Source: Syntrophomonadaceae bacterium
GTDB taxonomy: Bacteria; Bacillota; Dethiobacteria; DTU022
Length of the DNA: 64,000 nt
Assembly: GCA_007121075.1 (NCBI GenBank)
Contig: SKMK01000024.1
Coordinates: forward strand, 1,016-65,015
Direction of reading: 5' to 3'
A program made the translations under genes and the position numbers. Positions 40,635-49,165 of the stretch are shown here, in pieces; position 1 is the first letter of the stretch, and the number at the start of each line of letters is the position of its first letter. Under the pieces are notes generated by a model. That model saw only the letters and a list, made by a program, of their open reading frames with translations. It had not been told where the DNA came from and did not search any database.

Positions 40635-40752
40635 CCCCGGCGCTATGGAAAGAGATGCTGTTTGGGTTTTTCGTCCCGGCCCGGGCTCCAGCTTTTTTAT
40701 ACTTTCTTGATTAGAACGGCCTTACAAAATGAAATGGAGGAAGATCTTATTT

Positions 40753-41574
40753 ATGACCGAGAAGACGATCATTACTGTTGCCCCTACAGGGAACGTGCCC
40801 ACGCAGGATCTTAACCCCCATACCCCTGTAACTACGGAAGAGATAGTCCAGGATATTTATCGCTGTTACCTGGAAGGCGCCTCTGTAGCCCATGTCCATG
40901 CCCGGGATGAAAAGGGTTGCCCCACAGCGGATCCTGATGTGTTTGAAGAGATCATCGAAGGGGTCAGGCAGAAATGCGATATTATTATTCAGCTTTCAAC
41001 CGGGGCCAGGGGAGGAAGCTATGAAGAAAGGGGCCATTGTGTCGAACTTAAGCCAGAGATGGCCAGTTTGACCACCGGGTCTTCAAACTTCCCCGGAGCT
41101 GTAAATTATAATCCACCGGATTTAATCGAAAATTTGGCCCGTAAAATGTTTGAGGCAGGAGTTAAACCGGAGCTGGAAATATTTGACCTGGCCATGATCG
41201 ACGGCGCCCTGAATTTATTAAAAAAAGGGTTGCTGAAAGAGCCTCTGCATTTTAATCTGGTCCTGAATGTGCCCGGCTCGCTGAAAGGAACCCCGAAAAA
41301 CCTTTTTATACTCAAGGAAAGTTTGCCTCCGCAGTGCACCTGGACTGTTTCGGCCATTGGCAAAAGTCATAAAAATCTAATGGCCCTGGCTTTGGTCCTT
41401 GACGGCAATGTAAGGGTGGGCATTGAAGATGTGATCGAACTGGAAAAAGGAAAGCCGGCAAGCAATTTAGAGCTGGTCAGGAATGTTAAAGAAATAGCTA
41501 AAGTGCTGGGCAAAGACATAGCCTCTCCTTCCGAAGCCAGGGAAATATTAAATCTGGGCAAAGGTGCTCGGTGA
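40753..41574 (+). CDS. Beta-keto acid cleavage enzyme (Kce/DUF849)
   Basis: ITVAPTG, HVHARD, STG, PELEIFD, RVGIED. Confidence 0.92.
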   Translation: MTEKTIITVAPTGNVPTQDLNPHTPVTTEEIVQDIYRCYLEGASVAHVHARDEKGCPTADPDVFEEIIEGVRQKCDIIIQLSTGARGGSYEERGHCVELKPEMASLTTGSSNFPGAVNYNPPDLIENLARKMFEAGVKPELEIFDLAMIDGALNLLKKGLLKEPLHFNLVLNVPGSLKGTPKNLFILKESLPPQCTWTVSAIGKSHKNLMALALVLDGNVRVGIEDVIELEKGKPASNLELVRNVKEIAKVLGKDIASPSEAREILNLGKGAR

Positions 41575-41963
41575 AATTTGCGCCGGATACAACGCGAGAG
41601 TAGATGGAAGCAGTACGCCTGATTAATCGTTTCCTCCAATTAAAAAAGTGCTTAAAAATGGGCAAGAACTTCAACTTTGCCGACCGGGAAAAAGAAATTA
41701 AAAAGAGATAGCCTCTTGCCGCAATATCCCTGTGGAGGCCGCTTCCGTAGCCCGGGAAAGCGGTTTCTTTTAGGCACCTTGTAGAATTCAGCTCATTTTG
41801 CAAAAATCCTCTTAAACATTTGGACTGACAAATATATTTCAAATAGCACCAGGAGAGCTCCTGAAAATTTTTCAGGCGAGAGGCTGAATATAAGGTGCAA
41901 CGTGAAAAGGGGTAAAGGGATTGACAAAGCAGGGGTAAAACTAAAGAACAGTGTTTCTCTTCT

Positions 41964-42869
41964 TTATTCTGCTCCCCTGCTTTGTTTAAGGATGTGATCT
42001 TTTAAAAACAAGTGGGCTTTTTCAATTAATTTAAGGTAGGATTGGCTTAACCCTTCGCTGTTTTTATGGGAATGCTCAAGAAAGAAAGGAAAAGTGTGCA
42101 GAGGGGTTTGAAAAACTTCTTTTAAGGTGGCGGAAACTTTTTCCCGGCGGTCCAGTGCTTTTGTTTTTCCACCGTAAAAGTCTTCTTGCTCGTTAAAACC
42201 GAAGTCGTCTATAAGTAATATTTGTTTATACAACCCCGGGCCAAGGAAAGCTCCGAGGATATCCCAGAATTCTTTAGTTGACTTGTGGCAGCCCAGGTCA
42301 GCTGAGGTGGCGACAAAAAACCTCTCCTGTCTCAGGGCTTGATCCAGTGGGGCTGCCTTTAAGTCAATTTTAAAGAGCTCGTTGATAATATGTCCTGTGG
42401 CCTCGGCATAATGATCGGTGGCGATGGTAGTATCCGTATCTTTCCGGCTGTTAAGAAATTCTAAAGCCGGAGCCCAGCGCGGATCAACCAGGGAGTAGGA
42501 AAAGTAGGCGTTAACAAAATGGGAAACCGCTTCCCTGATCTTTCCGGGCACCGGTTCATGTCCATTTTTGCTTAAGTACCGTTCAACCTGTTCGGTTAAA
42601 ACTTCTACATAACCCCTCTGGGTGGTGCTTCCTTCTTCCCAGGTTGGTTCCACCAGTTCATTCCAGAGAGTTTTGGGATCAGTTATGCCCATATTGGCCA
42701 GCCCGCTGTTATTCAGAGCCTGGCGGATAGTTTTATTTTTGCCGAACAAAACAGCTCCAAGGCTAAGAGTTCCGGAAAAATCAAAGATCACCAGGGTGCT
42801 GCGGTCAATAGCTTTGGTTGTGAAGCCTGTGCTGTTTTCTCTCATTGTGGCAATCGCACCTTTCTCCAT
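41964..42869 (-). CDS. HAD-like hydrolase, unknown substrate
   Basis: IFDFSGTL, ATD, HK, IDD motifs; 28 bp downstream of thiE. Confidence 0.65.
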   Translation of the reverse strand: MEKGAIATMRENSTGFTTKAIDRSTLVIFDFSGTLSLGAVLFGKNKTIRQALNNSGLANMGITDPKTLWNELVEPTWEEGSTTQRGYVEVLTEQVERYLSKNGHEPVPGKIREAVSHFVNAYFSYSLVDPRWAPALEFLNSRKDTDTTIATDHYAEATGHIINELFKIDLKAAPLDQALRQERFFVATSADLGCHKSTKEFWDILGAFLGPGLYKQILLIDDFGFNEQEDFYGGKTKALDRREKVSATLKEVFQTPLHTFPFFLEHSHKNSEGLSQSYLKLIEKAHLFLKDHILKQSRGAE

Positions 42870-42897
42870 CCATGTATTACCAGGCCCTGCTTTAGTT

Positions 42898-43536
42898 TTA
42901 CAAACTTTTACCGGTGTTTTCCCTGATCAGGGCACTCAGTTTTTTGGCTGCCGCCTCGGGATTGGTGGCGGAACAGAGGGCTGAAACTACGGCAATGCAG
43001 TCCGCGCCGGCCCTGACCACTTCGGCTATATTAGCTTCATTTAAACCGCCGATGGCGACCAGGTTGTGGTGGGAGTTTTTTCGCACCCAGGCCATGCCGG
43101 AAAGGTTCCAGCTGCCCTTTGTGTCGGTTTTGGTCGGAGTTTCAAATATCGGGCTGACTCCCAGGTAATCGGCATCGTACTGTTCGGCTCTATGGACCTG
43201 TTCTTCATTTTCTACGGAAACCCCGATGATAGCATCCGGGCCGAGCAGTTTTCTGGCCATTTCATACGGCATATCTTCCTGGCCAACATGGACTCCGTCT
43301 GCTCTCACAGCCATGGCCACATCAACGCGGTCGTTGATGATCAGGGGGACATTGTGCGCGGCCAGGATTTCTTTGATCCGGAAGGCTTCGTCGATAAAGT
43401 CCCGGGTGGGAAGATCTTTTTCCCGGAGCTGGACTATGGAGACGCCACCTTTAACACACTGTTCAACCACTTTTTCCAGGGGCCTTCCCAGGCACAAATC
43501 CCGATCTGTTACTAGATAAAGGCCGCTAATTTTCAT
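42898..43536 (-). CDS. thiE: Thiamine-phosphate synthase
   Basis: QLREK, INDRVD, GVHVGQED, TPTK, AIGG. Confidence 0.95.
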   Translation of the reverse strand: MKISGLYLVTDRDLCLGRPLEKVVEQCVKGGVSIVQLREKDLPTRDFIDEAFRIKEILAAHNVPLIINDRVDVAMAVRADGVHVGQEDMPYEMARKLLGPDAIIGVSVENEEQVHRAEQYDADYLGVSPIFETPTKTDTKGSWNLSGMAWVRKNSHHNLVAIGGLNEANIAEVVRAGADCIAVVSALCSATNPEAAAKKLSALIRENTGKSL

Positions 43537-44339
43537 TACTCCACCCTCAGCTTTCCTCTCAGATCTTCAAAAGTCATGTTGTAGAGGGCATCCAGGAAAG
43601 CAATTTGAAAGCTGCCGGGCCCCCTGCAGTAATCTGAATCGGCGGCCAGTTCACCGGTGATACCCATGGTAGCCATGGCCCCGGCGGTAGCCTTAAGCGG
43701 AGAAGGATTTACGGAGGCAAAAGCGGCGCAAAGCACCGTAGCGGTGCAGCCCAGGGCGGTCACCTTTGGCATCAGGTGGTGGCCGTTATGGACTTTAACG
43801 GTGTTGTTGCCGTCAAGGATGTAATCAACTGCGCCGCTGATGCAAACAGTTGATCCGTAAGTTTCCACCAGGCTTTTGGCGGACTCCAATGCCGACTCCG
43901 AGGATTCGGTGCTGTCGACTCCCCGGGTAGTCGCGGCCGAGGCTGCGGCGGCGTTAATTTCAGAAGCGTTGCCCCTGATGATTGTCGGTGGGCCGGAAGG
44001 GAAAAGGACATGAATAGCATTGTTGCGCAAACCGGTGGCTCCGGCTCCGACCGGGTCAAATACGATAGGGATGCCGGATGATTTGGCTTTTTCGATGGCC
44101 AGCTTCATGGCCCTGATCCAGGGGTCGCTTAACGTCCCGATGTTTACGACCAGGGCTCCGGCAATTTCCAGCATATCTTCCACTTCGTTTTCGGCGTGGG
44201 CCATTACCGGTGAAGCGCCCAGGGCCAGCAAGGCATTGGCGGTGTTGTTCATGGCCACGTAATTGGTGATGCTGTGGACCAGGGGCACTTTCTCCCTGAT
44301 CGTCGCAATATCCTGCCATACACTTTCTGAGGTAATCAT
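43536..44339 (-). CDS. thiM: Hydroxyethylthiazole kinase
   Basis: HSITNYVA, GASPVMA, NIGTL, DPVGAG, RGNASE, TALGC. Confidence 0.95.
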   Translation of the reverse strand: MITSESVWQDIATIREKVPLVHSITNYVAMNNTANALLALGASPVMAHAENEVEDMLEIAGALVVNIGTLSDPWIRAMKLAIEKAKSSGIPIVFDPVGAGATGLRNNAIHVLFPSGPPTIIRGNASEINAAAASAATTRGVDSTESSESALESAKSLVETYGSTVCISGAVDYILDGNNTVKVHNGHHLMPKVTALGCTATVLCAAFASVNPSPLKATAGAMATMGITGELAADSDYCRGPGSFQIAFLDALYNMTFEDLRGKLRVE

Positions 44340-44425
44340 GGTTTAAACTGTTCTCCTCCTTCTTGATTCAAGTGATATTTTGTAAAGGGGAGCTCGCCGG
44401 GGCAGATAAAGGGAAGGCGAATAAC

Positions 44426-44451
44426 AAAAACCACCCTATCCGGGTGGTTTT
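44426..44451 (-). terminator. Expression-platform terminator of the TPP riboswitch
   Basis: AAAACCACCC-ggata-GGGTGGTTTTT on the minus strand. Confidence 0.75.
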
Positions 44452-44458
44452 CTGCCGC

Positions 44459-44558
44459 CTGCTCCCTCCGCCGGCATTATCCGGATCAGGTTTCTCGGTC
44501 ACCCCCACAGCAATTTACAAGAGAGTATCTCAGCCTGGTTTGTCCAAGCTCCCGCTTT
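44459..44558 (-). ncRNA. TPP riboswitch
   Basis: GCGGGAGC..GGCTGAGA..GACCG..AACCTGATCCGGATAATGCCGGCGGAGGGA upstream of thiM; promoter TTGACT-17-TAATAT at 44607-44579. Confidence 0.93.
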
Positions 44559-44723
44559 TACAACCTTTATTTATCTTTATATTACGTTGTTTTTCTTAAA
44601 AAGTCAACATTTCGAATTGCATCCCGGAAAGCCCCTTTTTCCATTTTTAAAGGTGCAGGGGTTGCTTAGTGGATCGCGAATACATATTAAACAGCAGCAA
44701 ATATCTATGAAAACATTACGGCA

Positions 44724-46097
44724 ATGGGTCAATGTCGGTGGAGGTGGCTGGTTATGGGTGAAGGGCCTTTGGATAATGAACCCCGGCAGGAGGATGAAAA
44801 TGTAGGGCAGGCTAGAAATAAATTTTCCTATGCGAAGATCTGGTGGATTGGTTTTGGTTTCCTGGGAGTGCAGCTGGCATTTACCACTTACAATGCCTTC
44901 CTGCCTTTAATGTACCGAACTTTTATCGAGTCAAGGGCTTTAATCGGCCTGTTAATGGGAACCGACAACCTGATTGGCCTGCTGTTGATCCCCGTAGTCG
45001 GGGCCTGGTCCGACCGGGTCAATTCCCCGCTGGGGCGCAGGCTTCCTTTTGTTTTGGTCGCCCTTCCCGTGGCGGCGCTGACCTTTTTTGCCATTCCTTT
45101 TGCTTCAGTTATGCTCTGGACCCTGATTATAACTGAGATACTGTTTACCACGGCCATGCATTCCTATCGTGGGCCGGTTATCTCCCTGATGCCCGATCAC
45201 ACTCCCCCGGAAAAACGTTCTGCCTCAAACGGGATTATCAATCTGATGGGCGGAGTTGGAACCCTGATTGCTTTCGGAGGCCTATCGCTGATTTATGATA
45301 TTGACCCGCGGTTGACTTTCGGGATCGGAGCGTTGATCCTGCTTTTGACCCTGGTGATAGTGTTTAAAAAAGCCGACCGTCACCCACCCTATATTGACAA
45401 TTCGCCTGTGGAATCGAAAAACCCGATCCTGGAAGCGGCCAGGGGAATCCGGGTTCTGTTCAGCCCTGCTTATTTCGGCCAGTTTTTGGTCCTGGCGGCG
45501 ATGCTTTCCTACTTTATCGGTTTTGCCGGGCTCGATGCCATGTTCCCGATTTACGGCGTGGAGACGCTGGGCTTGACTGAAGGCCGGGCTGCTTTTATCC
45601 TGACTACTTTTGCCGGCTCTTTCCTGGTGTTTGCCCTTTTAGCCGGCTGGATTGGAACCCGTGTGGGTAAGGTTCCGACTATGCTGCTGGGGCTTTCCAT
45701 CGTCCCGGTTTTGTTCTTCGTCGCCATACCGGTGCGCAACCCGGTAATACTGGGTGCTATTTTTGTGGTGGCCGGCTTTGCCTGGGCCCTGGTCAATGTA
45801 CAGGCCATGCCCTTGATTGCCGACCTGGGGGGGCGAGATCGGGTGGGTTTTTATGTTGGCCTATATTATATTTTTACCATGTTTGGGCAGATGATCGGGC
45901 CCTTCGTGCTCGGTTCAGCCATGGACCTGATGGGCAATCACGGTATGTTTGTGGCCGGGGCCGTGGTTTATGCCCTCGGGTTTGTGCTGCTTAGGGCCGG
46001 ATACAAAAGGCTCGGCGCCGATCCGGAAGAACTGGCCCGCACAAGCCAGCTTGATCAGTTCGAGGCTGAGGTGGGGGAAGCTGCCAGGGGCAGCTAA
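44724..46097 (+). CDS. MFS transporter (SLC45/maltose-like)
   Basis: GAWSDRVNSPLGRRLPF; about 12 TM; start uncertain. Confidence 0.88.
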   Translation: MGQCRWRWLVMGEGPLDNEPRQEDENVGQARNKFSYAKIWWIGFGFLGVQLAFTTYNAFLPLMYRTFIESRALIGLLMGTDNLIGLLLIPVVGAWSDRVNSPLGRRLPFVLVALPVAALTFFAIPFASVMLWTLIITEILFTTAMHSYRGPVISLMPDHTPPEKRSASNGIINLMGGVGTLIAFGGLSLIYDIDPRLTFGIGALILLLTLVIVFKKADRHPPYIDNSPVESKNPILEAARGIRVLFSPAYFGQFLVLAAMLSYFIGFAGLDAMFPIYGVETLGLTEGRAAFILTTFAGSFLVFALLAGWIGTRVGKVPTMLLGLSIVPVLFFVAIPVRNPVILGAIFVVAGFAWALVNVQAMPLIADLGGRDRVGFYVGLYYIFTMFGQMIGPFVLGSAMDLMGNHGMFVAGAVVYALGFVLLRAGYKRLGADPEELARTSQLDQFEAEVGEAARGS

Positions 46098-46237
46098 TAT
46101 AACCCGGGCCGCCTTAAGGGAGGCAGCATTACCTGGATTGTTCCACCGGTTATTATGCAGGCGCCGCTATGGTTTACAGGCGATATAAGGCGGATTAGCC
46201 ATTAATGAATCCGAATCAGAATATTTGAGGTCAAATG

Positions 46238-46987
46238 TCACTGCAGTATTTTTTTCAGTTCCTGCGGAAAATCGGTAATAATAGCCTCAATGTTTTCAGA
46301 AGCCAGATACTTCATTTGTTCTGGATCATTTACTGCCCAGGGATAAAGGGGGATGCTGTGAGCCCTGAAGCCGGCCAGTAGATCCGGGTCCTGCAGGTAG
46401 TAAAAGAGGGGATGGACGGAATAGCAACCCAGGAAACGGGCATAGTGCCAGGGCTCTTTTATTTCTTCCAGGTAGATGATGCCGGTGCGGATGGATGGGT
46501 TCAACCGGCGGCAGTTGACCAGGCTCTCGGCATTGAAGGAAGAAATAATGACTTTTTCTTCGAGGCTGTAAGTGGCGATCTGCTTTAGGACCGCTTCTTC
46601 CAGGCCAGGATAAGTGGTGAAGCGGTTTTTTAACTCTATATCAAAAAGCGGGCAGCTGTCCTTGTAGGTGGTTAGGACTTCTTCCAGGGTGGGCACAGCC
46701 GCACCTTTGAATTCAGAGGTAAACCATGATCCGGCATCAAAGGTTTTAAGTTCAGCCAGGGTAAGTTCCTTAACCGGCCCTGCGCCGGAGGTGGTGCGTT
46801 CCGCGCTCTCGTCGTGGATTACTACCGGGATGTTATCTTTGCTCAACTGAACGTCGAATTCGAGGCCGTCGGCACCGATCTCGAGCGCCAGATCGAAAGC
46901 CGCAAAGGTGTTTTCGGGGGCCAGGGAAGAAGCCCCGCGGTGAGCAATATTTAGGGTGCGATTTTCAGGGCCGCGAATAGTGATCAA
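46238..46987 (-). CDS. Glycerophosphodiester phosphodiesterase
   Basis: IAHRGA, PENT, EFDV, IHD, ELK, ITDFP. Confidence 0.93.
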   Translation of the reverse strand: MITIRGPENRTLNIAHRGASSLAPENTFAAFDLALEIGADGLEFDVQLSKDNIPVVIHDESAERTTSGAGPVKELTLAELKTFDAGSWFTSEFKGAAVPTLEEVLTTYKDSCPLFDIELKNRFTTYPGLEEAVLKQIATYSLEEKVIISSFNAESLVNCRRLNPSIRTGIIYLEEIKEPWHYARFLGCYSVHPLFYYLQDPDLLAGFRAHSIPLYPWAVNDPEQMKYLASENIEAIITDFPQELKKILQ

Positions 46988-47093
46988 CTCCTGGGCAAAT
47001 CATGTCCGGGCTGTTATTACGGACTTGTTCCATCGCCGTTATTATACTAGAGCAGGGGAAATAAGCAAGAAAAAGATCCGGGTTGGTGAACTG

Positions 47094-47882
47094 ATGAAGA
47101 AGCTGCAAGCGGTTGAGTTTTTTTTACTCGATTTGGACGGAACTATTTATCTTGGCAACGAATTAGTCGCCGGGGCACAAAGGTTTTTGAGGGTTCTGAA
47201 GGAGTGTAATAAAAAGACGATTTTTTTAACCAATAACAGCTCAAAGAACCGGTACAGCTACCGGGACAAATTGCAGAAATTGGGTATTGAGGTCAGCCCG
47301 GAACAGATTTTTACTTCCGGTGAGGCCACTGTACTCTACCTGAACCGCGAAAAACCGGGGGCAAAGGTTTTTTTGCTCGGGACCCCTCTTTTGGGCGAAG
47401 AGTTCAGGAATGCCGGTTTCGAATTAATTGATCAGGGGACCCCCGACTATGTGATTCTAGGTTTTGACACGACTCTGACTTATGAAAAGCTGTGGAAAGC
47501 GTGCGATTACATCCGGGATGGGGCAGCCTATATCGCCACCCATCCTGATCTTAACTGCCCGGTGGGAGAAGGCAGGTATATGCCCGACGCGGGAGCGATG
47601 ATCAAGTTTATAGAGGCCTCAACCGGAAAAACTCCCCTTGTGATCGGTAAACCGAACCTGCATATGATCGACAGCCTTTGCAGCAAGTATGAATTTGAAA
47701 GAGATAAGGCGGCCGTGGTCGGGGACAGACTTTATACCGACATCCAGCTGGGCATAAATGCCGGTATGATTACGGTCCTGGTTTTAAGCGGGGAAACAAC
47801 TGTGGAGCAGTACCGTTCTTCAAAAGTCAAAGCATCATATGTTTATCCCTCGGTTCAAGAGCTGGCCAAAGAAATTAAATAG
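47094..47882 (+). CDS. HAD-IIA (NagD-like) phosphatase
   Basis: DLDGTIY, LTNNS, IGKP, VGDRLYTDI. Confidence 0.92.
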   Translation: MKKLQAVEFFLLDLDGTIYLGNELVAGAQRFLRVLKECNKKTIFLTNNSSKNRYSYRDKLQKLGIEVSPEQIFTSGEATVLYLNREKPGAKVFLLGTPLLGEEFRNAGFELIDQGTPDYVILGFDTTLTYEKLWKACDYIRDGAAYIATHPDLNCPVGEGRYMPDAGAMIKFIEASTGKTPLVIGKPNLHMIDSLCSKYEFERDKAAVVGDRLYTDIQLGINAGMITVLVLSGETTVEQYRSSKVKASYVYPSVQELAKEIK

Positions 47883-47885
47883 AAA

Positions 47886-47908
47886 ACAGGCTGTTTCAAA
47901 CAGCCTGT
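47886..47908. terminator. Bidirectional terminator
   Basis: ACAGGCTGTTT-c-AAACAGCCTGT between convergent genes. Confidence 0.7.
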
Positions 47909-47913
47909 AGTAT

Positions 47914-48189
47914 TTACATCTCGTCTATCTTCAACCACTTCCAGCGCAGGAAACCTGCCAGATCTATTGTGATCTGCTTGTTGAGAAGTGAATTGCTGAC
48001 ATAGACTTTTATACCGTCAAACTCCCGGATCGAATAGTTTGCAGTGTTGCTTGGTTTGCCCTCGCGCACGGCGGTTTCAATCTGCCCGCCGCATCACCCG
48101 CCTATTCCCTGGTACTGGTAAAGGGTAAATTCCCGGGCCAGTTTTGGCATATACTCAAGGGCCTTCGGGGTTACCGATACTTTGGCCAC
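47914..48189 (-). CDS. Small selenoprotein, HesB/IscA-like CC/Se-motif type (UGA 48096-48094)
   Basis: GGAGGAG RBS, GTG start: MAKVSVTPKALEYMPKLAREFTLYQYQGIGG-U-CGGQIETAVREGKPSNTANYSIREFDGIKVYVSNSLLNKQITIDLAGFLRWKWLKIDEM*. Confidence 0.85.
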
Positions 48190-48223
48190 GATTGCTCCTC
48201 CTTTTCTATTAAAATCTACTAAT

Positions 48224-48253
48224 ATTATAGAATAAATAGGGATATAATGTCAA
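48224..48253 (-). promoter_or_regulatory. Consensus sigmaA promoter of the small selenoprotein gene
   Basis: TTGACA-18-TATAAT. Confidence 0.8.
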
Positions 48254-48373
48254 CTAAATAAGTCAGCCCGTCCTGCCATTTACTTTTCAGGGGTGGGAGA
48301 GCTGTGATAATGCCGAACAATTATGGTTAAAACTGCCATTACACTGGAAAGGCATTCCGGCCGGGGGTAGGGT

Positions 48374-48898
48374 TCAGGATTCATCCTTTGGAGAGATGCC
48401 TTTTTCGAGGAGTATTTCCGCCGTCCAGCAGGCTACCTGGCCCGAAACATTGGTGCACTTGTCATCATGGCCGCCGGCTTTCTCAAACTTTTGGTAGTCT
48501 TCGGGATCCCACAGCTTATAAGAGCGGCCGACAACATTCTTTTGGACTTCAGCGCAGGTTACTCCTCCGAACTCTTTGGTAAATTTCTGGTGGAGCTGCC
48601 GGGAGTAAGAGAAGTTTTTCTTGCGGGCGGCAGTTTTTTGCCCGAACTGCGATCTTTCCCGCCCGTAATAACTGCTGATCGCGGCCAGGCCCCCGACCAG
48701 GGCTCCGCAGGTTCCCTCCCCGCTGAGTGCCCCTCCTCCGGCAAAGGCGTGAGCCGCTTTTATGACTGGATCGTCAATACCGTCAAAGAAATCCTGCAGG
48801 GCGGCCAGGACTGCCTGGGGGCAGGCCCCGTATTTTCCCTCGTATTCATAGGCCCGGTTGTAAATATCCTCCAATAGCTGCCGGTGGTCTTCTGCCAT
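48374..48898 (-). CDS. C-GCAxxG-C-C family redox protein
   Basis: CPQAVL, GTCGALVGG, TCAEV, KC. Confidence 0.88.
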   Translation of the reverse strand: MAEDHRQLLEDIYNRAYEYEGKYGACPQAVLAALQDFFDGIDDPVIKAAHAFAGGGALSGEGTCGALVGGLAAISSYYGRERSQFGQKTAARKKNFSYSRQLHQKFTKEFGGVTCAEVQKNVVGRSYKLWDPEDYQKFEKAGGHDDKCTNVSGQVACWTAEILLEKGISPKDES

Positions 48899-49165
48899 CT
48901 CGATCTGCTCCTTTTGAGGTTTTTTAGTGCTTATTTTATATTCTTTTTCAGGTCCGCATCTCCTTTAAAAAGTTTTCGGAAACAGCAATGGTTGATGGGG
49001 AAGGTTTTTTTGTTCAAAGCTATTTTTGAGGATTGCTTATGCTAAACGGAAAGATTCTTGTCGAATTTGTATCCCTCCCCGGTGTGGCAGGAACCGGTTG
49101 GCAGGGTGTTGAATTTTATTTTTAAGTAGCCGTAACAGAAGTTACTTGTAGAGGAGGGGAAGGTC

